NCBI RefSeq assembly: GCF_001548275.1
Contig: NZ_AP014945.1
Coordinates: forward strand, 240,001 to 272,000
Direction of reading: 5' to 3'
DNA: 32,000 nucleotides
Source of the DNA: Caldimicrobium thiodismutans
Lineage (GTDB): Bacteria > Desulfobacterota > Thermodesulfobacteria > Thermodesulfobacteriales > Thermodesulfobacteriaceae
The translations under genes were made by a program, and so were the position numbers. Position 1 is the first letter of the stretch; each line of letters starts with the position of its first letter. Of this stretch, positions 20,817 to 29,893 are shown piece after piece. The notes beneath the pieces are model-generated. The model was given only the letters and a program-made list of their open reading frames with translations. It did not search any database and was not told where the DNA came from.

Positions 20817-22603
20817 GCAGATAGATCAATCAGAATAAGGGTCTGGTACTTGGGATCAGGGGGATCTGCTGGGTCTGCAAATCCAAATTCCCTATCCCAA
20901 AGTTCAACCACAAAGTCAAGGTAATTTTTTAAAAGCTCTTCCTCTAAGTAATAAGAAGTCCTGGCTAATTTTACAAAACTTTCATATAGTCCTTCCTTTA
21001 TAGCCTTTTTCATAAAGGTTTTTCCATCTTTAACCTCAACTATTTTTGCAAAAACCTCCTGCCACTTGCTTTTAGGAAGGGCTCTAAAAATAAACTCTTG
21101 ATTATAAAGATAATTCGCTAAGGAGGTAAGAATAATTGAGCTCCAGGTCAAAGAATTTAAATCAAAGTTTCTATTAGCATTAAAGATCTCCTTAATCCAA
21201 TTATTATGGGGCCCCAATCCCTTTTCAAGAAGTGGTGCCATATAAGCTATCTCTTCAAGATAACCTCTAACCATTCTTAGCTCGCTTACCCTGGAAAACT
21301 CTGTAAATTCTTCAGATGTTCCTATACTCACTGGATTAAAAAGTTTTACCTGATTCAATTTTTGAACAGTAACCCCCTGAAGATAACCAGCATAAGGCTG
21401 ATCAAGATATTTTAAAAGGGCGGGATTAAAATCCTTACTTTGAAATAAACTTAAGGCAAACTTTCTAAGCTCTCTTAGGGCTGTTCCTGAAACCCGAAAG
21501 ATCTCCTCAAGATAATAATTTTCAAGAAAATCTCTGGCTAAAATAACATTCCCTTCTGTTAAATATTCAAGTCCAAGATTAAGATGGCACCACATCTTAA
21601 ATAGGCCCCTTTTTACTTCCTCTAAACCATCAATCACAGGATGATCAACAAGGATAACCTTAGTTGCAAGCCAGGCAAGCTCCTGATGAATTCTTTCTCT
21701 CTGAAAAGGATCTTGTATCAAGGACAAAACCTTGACAATAAAGAGTTCTTGAGGGCCTTCATAGGGTATAAGATGTAAAGTATGAGGAGCCCTCTCTTCC
21801 CCTGTGAGAGCAAGTGTTCTGGGATCAATTTTGGAAAGTCTTTTAGGATGGATATAGGTATAAATCTCAAGGGAGGTATAATAATCGGGTATTCCCTCAT
21901 CAGCCAGTCTTCCATTTCTAAATCTAAAGGCCCTTTCCTCTACCTCTACAGGAAGTTCCCAGATAAGGGATTCCATAAGGGCAAAATAGGTCTCCGGCCA
22001 CTCTTCCCTGATAAGCTCAATAATTCTTCTAAAATAGAATTCCAATCTCTCCTCCTTAAACTCCACAAAGTAAACATCATCAAGAGTATAAGGAGGAAGA
22101 AAATCGTAAGCCTCTATAAGCTCAACATCATCAGGCCTTTTATGAATCTTTACAAATTTCTGAAGCATAGCTATAACAAAATCCCAATCTGCTATAGCTA
22201 ACCATTCAAGGACTCTACCTTCCCCTGCCTCAAAGAGAAGAATAATCCAGCTGGCAACCCTTTCAGGGCGAATCCTATCTTTAAACCAGACATCAAAATC
22301 GAAGAGGAACTGAATCTGAGACCCCTTGGCATAGGATAGAAGCTCAACTGCAAGATCAAGGGAGCTTCCTTTAAGGGTAAAAAAGAGCTCAACAGGGGGA
22401 AGATTTCTAACTAAACCCTCTGGATAGGGTGAGGCAAGGATTAGTTCTGCCCTTTTTTCCCAAGGAGCAGAAAGAACAAGCTCAAGGGCCTCCTCAAAGC
22501 GGAGAGGAGCTAAGGCCTCCTCTAAAGCCTTTTCCTTTAAGCTTAAAATCCTTTCAAGGTCTATCTTTAAAGAGGTCGCTTTCTGCGAAAAAGGCTGATT
22601 CAT
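20813..22603 (-). CDS. Large (596 aa) uncharacterised all-alpha protein, N-terminus faintly MgtE_N-like
   Basis: Long uninterrupted ORF starting at ATG 22603. Its stop overlaps the nrdJ start (ATGA at 20813-20816). I recognise no catalytic motif. Confidence 0.6.
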   Translation of the reverse strand: MNQPFSQKATSLKIDLERILSLKEKALEEALAPLRFEEALELVLSAPWEKRAELILASPYPEGLVRNLPPVELFFTLKGSSLDLAVELLSYAKGSQIQFLFDFDVWFKDRIRPERVASWIILLFEAGEGRVLEWLAIADWDFVIAMLQKFVKIHKRPDDVELIEAYDFLPPYTLDDVYFVEFKEERLEFYFRRIIELIREEWPETYFALMESLIWELPVEVEERAFRFRNGRLADEGIPDYYTSLEIYTYIHPKRLSKIDPRTLALTGEERAPHTLHLIPYEGPQELFIVKVLSLIQDPFQRERIHQELAWLATKVILVDHPVIDGLEEVKRGLFKMWCHLNLGLEYLTEGNVILARDFLENYYLEEIFRVSGTALRELRKFALSLFQSKDFNPALLKYLDQPYAGYLQGVTVQKLNQVKLFNPVSIGTSEEFTEFSRVSELRMVRGYLEEIAYMAPLLEKGLGPHNNWIKEIFNANRNFDLNSLTWSSIILTSLANYLYNQEFIFRALPKSKWQEVFAKIVEVKDGKTFMKKAIKEGLYESFVKLARTSYYLEEELLKNYLDFVVELWDREFGFADPADPPDPKYQTLILIDLSA

Positions 22604-22949
22604 AATGCCTAACCTTACCCTCCTCGAGATTGACTACCACCACATCAAAGCGGATACTTTTTATTTTACTTAATTTTTGAAAATTTTTAAGTAAGAAAAA
22701 TTGAGCTGTCTTTTGAATTTTGTCTTGTTTTCTAAAATCAACCTTTTCCTCAGGGAAATAACCTCTATCTGAGGATTCACTTTTTACTTCAACAAAAACC
22801 AGAGTCTTATTTTTCTTAACCACAAGGTCAATTTCTCCAGTCTTTGTTCGAAAATTTCTGGCAAGGACCTCATAATCTTTCTCTCTCAAGTAGTCTTCAG
22901 CTACTTTCTCAGCTGAAGTCCCAATCTCTCGAGTAGATTTTTTGAACAT
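22554..22949 (-). CDS. yraN: YraN-family (UPF0102) endonuclease-like protein
   Basis: G...E..A..YL....Y.(V/I)LARN.R...GEIDLV......LVFVEVK ... D(V/I)V is the restriction-endonuclease-like core. ATG 22949 is preferred (5 nt after the rnhB stop). TTG 22958 is an alternative. Confidence 0.8.
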   Translation of the reverse strand: MFKKSTREIGTSAEKVAEDYLREKDYEVLARNFRTKTGEIDLVVKKNKTLVFVEVKSESSDRGYFPEEKVDFRKQDKIQKTAQFFLLKNFQKLSKIKSIRFDVVVVNLEEGKVRHYESAFFAESDLFKDRP

Positions 22950-22954
22950 TCCCT

Positions 22955-23575
22955 TCAAAATCTCTCAAAACACTTAAAAGCCTTGCGATGGACAGGACTT
23001 GGGCCAAACCTCCTTAGAGCCTCTAAATGTTCCTTTGTGGCATAACCTTTATGTCTGTCAAAACCGTATTCTGGATAAAGCTCAGCCAATTTTTGCATGT
23101 ATCTATCCCGGGAGACCTTGGCAAGAATAGAACCTCCAGCAATAGAGAGGCTCCTTCTATCTCCTTTAATCAAGGCCTTTTGAAGCCCTCTATAATCAGG
23201 TATTCCAAAAGGACCATCTATAAGCAAAAGGTCAATCTCCTTTATTGAAGAGAGTGCCCGTTGCATGGCTAAAAAAAGAGCTCCCATAAGCCCAAGGGCA
23301 TTTATTTCCTCAACCTCAGCCTTAGCTATACTATATGTTATTGCTTTGGAACAGATGACTTCAAAGAGTTCATTCCTTTTTATGGGAGTCAAAAGTTTTG
23401 AATCCTTGATTTCGGGAGAATAAAAATCTGGAGGGAAGATAACAAGACCTACGAAAAGAGGGCCTGCCAGAGCACCTCTTCCTGCCTCATCAAGACCAGC
23501 AATTATTTTAAATCCACTTTTCCAATAATAAAATTCTACCGGTTTAGCTTGTGATATTTCCTTTTCAAAAAGCAA
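22955..23575 (-). CDS. rnhB: Ribonuclease HII
   Basis: IAGLDEAGRGALAGPLFVG, DSK.L, and IDG......L.IAG.SI.AKV.RD. TTG at 23575 is the only canonical start available. Confidence 0.88.
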   Translation of the reverse strand: MLFEKEISQAKPVEFYYWKSGFKIIAGLDEAGRGALAGPLFVGLVIFPPDFYSPEIKDSKLLTPIKRNELFEVICSKAITYSIAKAEVEEINALGLMGALFLAMQRALSSIKEIDLLLIDGPFGIPDYRGLQKALIKGDRRSLSIAGGSILAKVSRDRYMQKLAELYPEYGFDRHKGYATKEHLEALRRFGPSPVHRKAFKCFERF

Positions 23576-23585
23576 GGAATTTTAG

Positions 23586-23951
23586 CTATTCCATAACCTT
23601 ATTATCAAATCTCTCTTTGAGCCTTGCGGCCTTACCTGCCCTTTCCCGGAGATAGTAAAGTCTTGCCCTTCTAACCTTGGCCCTCTTAACTACTTCTATC
23701 TTTTCAATGCGGGGAGAATGAAGAGGGAAGGTTCTTTCTACACCTACTCCAAAAGAGACCTTTCTAACTGTAAAGGTTGCTGAGTTTCCTGAGCCTCTTC
23801 TTCTAATAACCACGCCCTCAAAGACCTGAATCCTTTCTTTTTCTTCACCCTCTTTGAGTTTATAATAAACTTTAACGGTATCTCCAGGGGCAAGTTTGGG
23901 AAGATCCTCTCTCAAATAGGCCTTCTCAACTTCTCTAATTTGGGGTAACAT
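23586..23951 (-). CDS. rplS: 50S ribosomal protein L19
   Basis: PGD.V.V.Y...[15 protein letters not shown]...[33 protein letters not shown]. Confidence 0.95.
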   Translation of the reverse strand: MLPQIREVEKAYLREDLPKLAPGDTVKVYYKLKEGEEKERIQVFEGVVIRRRGSGNSATFTVRKVSFGVGVERTFPLHSPRIEKIEVVKRAKVRRARLYYLRERAGKAARLKERFDNKVME

Positions 23952-23984
23952 AGATCCATCCCTCCTTTAGCTTTGAATAGGCAA

Positions 23985-24012
23985 AATATAGCATAGATTC
24001 ATAGATTGTCAA
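23985..24012 (-). promoter_or_regulatory. Putative rplS operon promoter
   Basis: On the minus strand: TTGACA (24012-24007), a 16-nt spacer, then TATATT (23990-23985). An A-tract lies upstream. Confidence 0.5.
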
Positions 24013-24085
24013 ATTACCCCGAAAAATAACTTGTTTTTTTTTAAAAATCTGGTAAAAAGATTAAAAAATCATTGAGGAGGGAGTT

Positions 24086-24319
24086 ATGTCTGTTGAGGAG
24101 AAGGTGATTGATATTATTGCTCAAAAGCTCAATCTCTCAAAGGATCAGATTAAACCAGAGGCCTCATTTGTTGATGACCTGGGGGCTGATTCCTTAGATT
24201 TAGTAGAACTTGTCATGGCTATGGAAGAGGCCTTTGGCCTTGAAGTGCCTGACGAAGATGCCGAAAAATTAAGAACTGTTAAGGATGTCCTTGATTATGT
24301 AAAATCCAGAGTGGGGTAA
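24086..24319 (+). CDS. acpP: Acyl carrier protein
   Basis: [18 protein letters not shown] phosphopantetheine-attachment motif, 77 aa, SD GAGGAGGGAG. Confidence 0.95.
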   Translation: MSVEEKVIDIIAQKLNLSKDQIKPEASFVDDLGADSLDLVELVMAMEEAFGLEVPDEDAEKLRTVKDVLDYVKSRVG

Positions 24320-24322
24320 TCC

Positions 24323-25564
24323 GTGGAGAAAAAAAGAGTTGTTGTAACCGGTCTTGGGGCAGTCTCTCCCCTTGGGATTGGTGTTGAGGAGACCTGGGAA
24401 AGAATTATAAAAGGGGAGTCTGGAATTAGCAGGATTACAAAATTTGATGCTTCAGGGCTTCCCAGTCAGATAGCAGGTGAGGTCAAAAATTTTAATCCAG
24501 AAGAATTCATGCCTGCCAAACTTGTCTCCCGCGTGGATCTCTTTATCCAATATGCTATAGCCTCTACAGAAATGGCCTTGACTGATTCCGGGCTACCCAA
24601 ATCTGAGCTGGGAGATGAGGTTGGAGTTATCATTGGAGTGGGAATGGGAGGCGTTGGTCTGGTAGAACACTATACCCGCGTTCTTGATGAGAAAGGTTAT
24701 AGAAGAGTTACGCCCTTTTTTATTCCCATGATTATTCCCAATATGGCAGCGGGACAGATTGCCATTTTATATGGAGCTCAAGGCCCCAATATGGCTGTTT
24801 GCACCGCCTGTGCAGCAGGAAATCATGCTATTGGAGAGGCCTTTAGGCTTATTCAGGAAGGCAAAGTAAAGGCTATGATCTGTGGAGGAACGGAAGCTCT
24901 CATTACTCCTCTTACTGTAGCGGGCTTTTCCGTCATGAAGGCTCTCTCCACAAGGAATGATGAGCCTGAGAAAGCCAGTCGGCCTTTTGATGCTAAAAGA
25001 GATGGTTTTGTTATTGCTGAAGGGTGTGGTATTCTAATTCTTGAAGAGCTGGAAACCGCTAAAGCAAGGGGGGCTAAGATCTATGCTGAGATCTTGGGCT
25101 ATGGATTTAATGCCGATGCCTACCATATGACAGCCCCATCTCCTGAGGGAGAAGGAGCTGCCAAATGTATGGAACTTGCCTTAAAATCAGCCAGCCTCAA
25201 ACCACAAGAGGTTGATTACATTAATGCCCATGGAACAAGCACACCTCTTAATGATGTTTCTGAAACTAAGGCCATAAAAAAAGTCTTTGGGGAGCATGCT
25301 TACAAACTTATGATCTCCTCAACCAAATCCATGACCGGCCATCTCCTTGGTGGGGCAGGTGGTCTGGAAGCAGTGTTAACTGTCAAGGCTCTTGAGACAG
25401 GAATTATTCCCCCAACCATAAATTATGAAGAGCCTGATCCTGAGTGCGACCTTGATTATGTCCCCAATCAGGCAAGAAGAGCTGAAATTAAAATTGCGCT
25501 CTCTAATGCCTTTGGATTTGGTGGCACCAATGCCTGTCTGGCCTTTAAAAAATGGGAAGAATAA
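24323..25564 (+). CDS. fabF: 3-oxoacyl-ACP synthase II
   Basis: RVVVTGLG, the active-site Cys in CTACAAG, HGTSTP and [12 protein letters not shown] start at 24323. Confidence 0.93.
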   Translation: MEKKRVVVTGLGAVSPLGIGVEETWERIIKGESGISRITKFDASGLPSQIAGEVKNFNPEEFMPAKLVSRVDLFIQYAIASTEMALTDSGLPKSELGDEVGVIIGVGMGGVGLVEHYTRVLDEKGYRRVTPFFIPMIIPNMAAGQIAILYGAQGPNMAVCTACAAGNHAIGEAFRLIQEGKVKAMICGGTEALITPLTVAGFSVMKALSTRNDEPEKASRPFDAKRDGFVIAEGCGILILEELETAKARGAKIYAEILGYGFNADAYHMTAPSPEGEGAAKCMELALKSASLKPQEVDYINAHGTSTPLNDVSETKAIKKVFGEHAYKLMISSTKSMTGHLLGGAGGLEAVLTVKALETGIIPPTINYEEPDPECDLDYVPNQARRAEIKIALSNAFGFGGTNACLAFKKWEE

Positions 25565-25578
25565 AAGCGAGGTGAAAA

Positions 25579-26022
25579 ATGAAAATTGTTATAGCCTCAG
25601 ATCACGCAGGATTCTTCCTTAAAGAAAAGATCAAAGATTTCCTTATCAATGAAAATTACCTGGTTGAAGATGTAGGAACCCATTCATCTGTCTCCGTGGA
25701 CTATCCTGAGTATGGATTTAAGGCAATTCAAAAGCTTCTTAATGGAGAGGCTGATAGAGGTATTCTCATCTGTGGAACAGGTATAGGAATGAGTATTATT
25801 GCCAACCGTTTTTCTAAAATAAGAGCTGCCCTTTGCCATGAGCCTTTTTCAGCCCAGATGGCAAGAAGGCACAATAATGCCAATGTTTTAGTTCTGGGGG
25901 GCAGGCTTATTGGGGACGGTATGGCTGTTGAAGTTGTAAGGGCCTTTTTAGAGACTGAATTTGATGGAGGCAGGCACGAAAGAAGGATCAACCTAATTGA
26001 CGAACTTTCCAAAACCAGATGA
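25579..26022 (+). CDS. rpiB: Ribose-5-phosphate isomerase B
   Basis: MKIVIASDHAGF.LK, GILICGTGIGMSI.ANR, NANVL..G.R. Length is 147 aa. Confidence 0.92.
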   Translation: MKIVIASDHAGFFLKEKIKDFLINENYLVEDVGTHSSVSVDYPEYGFKAIQKLLNGEADRGILICGTGIGMSIIANRFSKIRAALCHEPFSAQMARRHNNANVLVLGGRLIGDGMAVEVVRAFLETEFDGGRHERRINLIDELSKTR

Positions 26023-26402
26023 ATCCTCTTGGGATTGGTATAGATCTTGTCTATGTTCCCCGTATAAAAAAGTTAATAGAGACCTATGGAGAAAGATTCC
26101 TAAGAAAGGTTTTTACTCCAGAAGAAATTCACTACGCTCAAAATAAGAAAAATTCATATCAAGCTCTGGCCTCGGCCTTTGCGGTAAAAGAAGCCTTTTA
26201 TAAAGCCATAGGGGGATATCCAGGTTTTCGTTTTAGAGATATTTCCCTCCTGCGAGAAGAATTACAGGGAAGACCATTTTTAAAACTTTCAGGCCGAGCT
26301 GAAAAGATTTTCCAAAAAAGAGGGGGGCAAAAAATTGATCTTTCCCTTTCCCATGATTTTGACTATACTATTGCTATAGTTCAGATCTGGGGATGGCCAT
26401 GA
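26019..26402 (+). CDS. acpS: Holo-ACP synthase (4'-phosphopantetheinyl transferase)
   Basis: GIGIDLV...RI, FT..E, AVKEA..KA, and LSLSHD...A.A.V. It overlaps rpiB by ATGA. Confidence 0.9.
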   Translation: MNPLGIGIDLVYVPRIKKLIETYGERFLRKVFTPEEIHYAQNKKNSYQALASAFAVKEAFYKAIGGYPGFRFRDISLLREELQGRPFLKLSGRAEKIFQKRGGQKIDLSLSHDFDYTIAIVQIWGWP

Positions 26403-27982
26403 AACTTTTTGTGGCTACAGCCGAAGAGATGCAAAGGCTTGATAGATATGTAATGCAAGATCTCGGGATTTTACCTGAAATTCTTATGGAAAGGGCTGGA
26501 GGATCTGTGGCTAAGGCTATCCTTGAGAGATTTCCTTTACCTGGATACTTTAAAGTCCTTCTTCTTTGTGGCCCTGGTAATAATGGAGGAGATGGCTTTG
26601 TCTGTGCAAGATATCTCTGGAATTCTGGTTATCAAGTGGAGGTGCTTCTTTTTAATGAGGAAGATAAATATACAGGGGAGGCTAAAAGAAATCTTGAAAT
26701 CCTGAAAACTTTGAAAATACCTATAACCAGAATTCATAGTCTTGAGGAATTTATTAGCTTTGTTCACCACTTTAAACCTGAAATTCTGGTTGATGCCCTT
26801 TTTGGAACAGGGCTTAAGAGGCCTCTAAGTGGCTTATATGAGGAAGTAATCCTTTTTTTAAGGGAAGAAAAAAGAAAGGAATCCTTTAAAATTGTCTCTG
26901 TGGATATCCCTTCAGGTGTTTCCTCAGATACCGGGCAGATCCTTGGCTCAGCTCCTTGTGCAGATCTTACTGTTACCTTTGAGTGTCTAAAACCAGGGCA
27001 TCTTTTTTATCCTGGCAAGGAATATTCAGGAGAGGTAGAGGTTGCAGAAATTGGTTATCCCTGGAGATTTCTACTTGAATTTACAAAGGATATAGTTCCC
27101 AGGAAAAAATATTTAAGTGAGGATCAAGCCAGAGAACTATTCAGGCCCCGAAGGGGATTTTATCATAAAGGAAAGGCTGGTTATGTATTTATCCTTGCTG
27201 GAAGTGTTGGGAAAAGTGGGGCTGGTTATTTAACTGCCCTTGGGGCTCTAAGAGCTGGAGCAGGCCTTGTTACCCTTGCTGGCCCTAAGAGCCTTCAATC
27301 CGTTTATTCAGGATTACTTCCTGAAATACTCACCCTCGGGCTTCCTGAAAGGGAAGGCGAAATTACAGAAAATAGTTCAAATCTTGTTATAGAAGCCTTA
27401 AAAGGTAAAAGATGTCTTGTAATTGGCCCTGGGTTTGGGCTCGGATCTGGACCCGAGAGGGTTCTTTTGGATTTACTTCAAAATGTTAGTTTGCCTGTGA
27501 TACTTGATGCGGATGCCCTAACTATCTTGAGTGATTTTCCTGAAAAACTTAAAGATTTTTCTTATCCCAAGGTAATAACTCCTCACCCTGGTGAAGCGGC
27601 AAGGCTTCTCAAAAAAGAAACTCGGGAGATTTTACAGGACCCCTTGGATAGCCTCTCTCAGTTAATTAACCTTACTGGAGCAATAGTAGTTCTCAAAGGG
27701 CCACATACTCTTATTGGGGGCCCTGATGGAGAGGTCTTTATTTCATCTATTGATGAGCCCGGCATGGCACAGGGAGGAATGGGAGATGTGCTTACTGGCA
27801 TAATTGGGGCCTTCATTGCTCAAGGGTATTCGCCTTTTGAGGCTTCGGCCCTTGCAGTTTATGTGCATGGAGCATCAGGTAGTTTCCTGAGAAAAACCTC
27901 TGGCCCCTATGGTTTCACCGCAAGCGAAGTTGCCAATTATATCCCCCAAATATTAAAAAAATTGGAGACCAGAAATGCTTGA
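26399..27982 (+). CDS. nnr: Bifunctional NAD(P)H-hydrate repair enzyme Nnr (epimerase plus ADP-dependent dehydratase)
   Basis: YjeF_N part: GPGNNGGDG. C-terminal carbohydrate-kinase part: HKG..G......GS....GA..L, DADAL, TPHPGE and GMGDVLTG. I prefer ATG 26399 (GGGGA SD, ATGA overlap with acpS). ATG 26393 is an alternative. Confidence 0.88.
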   Translation: MKLFVATAEEMQRLDRYVMQDLGILPEILMERAGGSVAKAILERFPLPGYFKVLLLCGPGNNGGDGFVCARYLWNSGYQVEVLLFNEEDKYTGEAKRNLEILKTLKIPITRIHSLEEFISFVHHFKPEILVDALFGTGLKRPLSGLYEEVILFLREEKRKESFKIVSVDIPSGVSSDTGQILGSAPCADLTVTFECLKPGHLFYPGKEYSGEVEVAEIGYPWRFLLEFTKDIVPRKKYLSEDQARELFRPRRGFYHKGKAGYVFILAGSVGKSGAGYLTALGALRAGAGLVTLAGPKSLQSVYSGLLPEILTLGLPEREGEITENSSNLVIEALKGKRCLVIGPGFGLGSGPERVLLDLLQNVSLPVILDADALTILSDFPEKLKDFSYPKVITPHPGEAARLLKKETREILQDPLDSLSQLINLTGAIVVLKGPHTLIGGPDGEVFISSIDEPGMAQGGMGDVLTGIIGAFIAQGYSPFEASALAVYVHGASGSFLRKTSGPYGFTASEVANYIPQILKKLETRNA

Positions 27983-28346
27983 AAGAAGAAAATTTCACAG
28001 GTATCCCACCAATTTAAAGGCCTATTTTCCTAATCAAGAAGAGGGTTTTCCTGTCAAAAATGTCTCCTGGAAGGGTGTATTTATAATCACTCCAGATAAT
28101 TTTAGGTTTGAAAAGCGCTTAATTTATTTTGAAATAGAAATCCCTGAAATTGGAAGAATACCTATCTATGGCTACATCGCCCATTATGGGACTCCATCTG
28201 AACCAGGTTTAGGTGTTGAAATTATAGAAATAGCCAATAATCTTGCCCCGGTTTGGGGGTTATATATCAAGGCTATGAATTTTTTAAATGAAGCTAAGGA
28301 AGAATATGAAAAAATTATAAATAGATTCTCCCAATCACAGGAATGA
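27975..28346 (+). CDS. PilZ-domain (c-di-GMP-binding) protein
   Basis: RRKFHR (RxxxR) and NVSWKG (D/NxSxxG) motifs. Length is 123 aa. It overlaps nnr by 8 nt and pilD by ATGA. Confidence 0.75.
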   Translation: MLERRKFHRYPTNLKAYFPNQEEGFPVKNVSWKGVFIITPDNFRFEKRLIYFEIEIPEIGRIPIYGYIAHYGTPSEPGLGVEIIEIANNLAPVWGLYIKAMNFLNEAKEEYEKIINRFSQSQE

Positions 28347-29137
28347 TTTTCTGGGAGAGCTTCTTTATCTTCCTAATAGGTCTCATTCTTGGAAGTTTTT
28401 TAAATGTAGTCATTTATAGACTTCCACAGGGTAAATCTTTAATTTTTCCAGCCTCCCACTGTCCGAAATGCGAGACACCCCTAAGGTGGTATCATAATAT
28501 ACCTCTCCTGAGTTTTCTTTTTCTTAAAGGTAGATGTGCCTATTGTAAGGCCAGTATCTCTTGGCAGTATCCTTTAGTTGAGTTTTTGAGTGGTCTTTTA
28601 TTAGTTTTACTTTATTTAAAGTTTAAACCCCATTACGGAGTAATTGTTTTTTCTTTTTTTGCCTTTTTTGGATTAAATCTTTTATGTCTTTCTTTTATTG
28701 ATCTTTTTCATAAGGAGATTCCTGATAGCTTAAGTTTTTCTCTAATTTTTTCAGGTTGGATCCTTGCCCTTTTAAGCAAAAATCCCCTCAGTTTAAGTTT
28801 TTTAGAAAGCCTTCTTTCGTCCTTTGCCGGAATAGGGCTTCTTTTTTTTATTAATGAGCTTTATTATCTCTTAGCTAAAAGAGATGGTCTTGGAATGGGA
28901 GATTTTAAGTTAATGGGTGGATTGGGCGCCTATCTTGGATATAAGAGTTTTTTTAATGTTCTTTTTTTTGCCTCCTTAATAGGGGTAGTATGTTTTATCT
29001 TAATGAGAATTTATCAAAAACTGAGCAGAGAGGATCTTGAAACCAGCGAAGACCTTTTAAAAAAGGAAATTCCCTTTGGACCTTTCTTAAGTATAGCTGG
29101 GCTCATATATCTATTTTATCCTCAAAGTCTGCTATAA
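28343..29137 (+). CDS. pilD: Prepilin peptidase / N-methyltransferase (A24 family)
   Basis: CPKC...CAYC zinc motif, W.Y.LVE, and the catalytic-Asp contexts FIDL....IPD and GMGDFKLMG. It is a polytopic membrane protein. Confidence 0.88.
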   Translation: MIFWESFFIFLIGLILGSFLNVVIYRLPQGKSLIFPASHCPKCETPLRWYHNIPLLSFLFLKGRCAYCKASISWQYPLVEFLSGLLLVLLYLKFKPHYGVIVFSFFAFFGLNLLCLSFIDLFHKEIPDSLSFSLIFSGWILALLSKNPLSLSFLESLLSSFAGIGLLFFINELYYLLAKRDGLGMGDFKLMGGLGAYLGYKSFFNVLFFASLIGVVCFILMRIYQKLSREDLETSEDLLKKEIPFGPFLSIAGLIYLFYPQSLL

Positions 29138-29891
29138 GTGGGGCGTGATCTGAAGGTTTGGGAAGGCCTCTTGTCTTAAAATCAACCCAGACATCCTTCA
29201 AATAATCCTTAAGAGGAGTGGTAATTAAGATATGATCAAGGCGCATCCCTAAATTTTTTTTAAAAGCTGAAAATTGGTAATCCCACCAAGTAAAGATGCC
29301 TCCTTTATCAGGGTATTTTAGCCTTAAGCTATCCCATAGGCCCCATTCAAGGAGATACTTAAAGGCCTTCCTTTCTCTGGGATGAAAGCAGATTTGTCCA
29401 TCCAGAAGCTGAGGATCATAAACATCTTCGGGCTCGGGGGAGACATTAAAGTCTCCAGCCAAAATTATCTTATCTAAAGGGGTAAAATGTTTTTCCAAAA
29501 ACTCTCTCAGACGATATAGAAATTGGATCTTGTAATAGAAGTAATCTGAATCAACGGGGCTTCCATTGGGAACATAAATAGTAAAGATAAAGAGTTCCCC
29601 GAACTGGCCTCCCAGTAATCTTTCCCTGGCTTGAGGGTCATCATCAGCCAGAGCTTCAAAACCTCTCCAGAACCTACTTGCCTTTCTCTTACTTAAGATT
29701 CCTACCCCGTTTCTTCCTTTCCCCCCTGCATGATAAAATATATAACCTTCCCTTGAAAAGATATCTTCAGGGATTTTCTCCGTCTTTGTCTCCTGCAAGA
29801 GAAGAAAATCTGGGCTCTTTTCCCTTAAAAAGGCTTCAACCTGAGCCCTTCTAACATTAAAAGAATTTACATTCCAGGTAACAAGACGCAT
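29103..29891 (-). CDS. xthA: Exodeoxyribonuclease III (AP endonuclease)
   Basis: MRLVTWNVNS, LLQETK, GDFNV and SDHAP. The ATG lies 2 nt after the mscS stop. Confidence 0.9.
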   Translation of the reverse strand: MRLVTWNVNSFNVRRAQVEAFLREKSPDFLLLQETKTEKIPEDIFSREGYIFYHAGGKGRNGVGILSKRKASRFWRGFEALADDDPQARERLLGGQFGELFIFTIYVPNGSPVDSDYFYYKIQFLYRLREFLEKHFTPLDKIILAGDFNVSPEPEDVYDPQLLDGQICFHPRERKAFKYLLEWGLWDSLRLKYPDKGGIFTWWDYQFSAFKKNLGMRLDHILITTPLKDYLKDVWVDFKTRGLPKPSDHAPLIADFEDKIDI

Positions 29892-29893
29892 CT

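Noticed and set aside
23949-24006. A recurring CATAGAT(T/C) heptamer (23949, 23992, 24000) around the rplS start and promoter.
   Set aside because: The motif is short and AT-rich. One copy is simply the rplS start-codon region, and two lie within the promoter spacer. There is not enough evidence for an operator.
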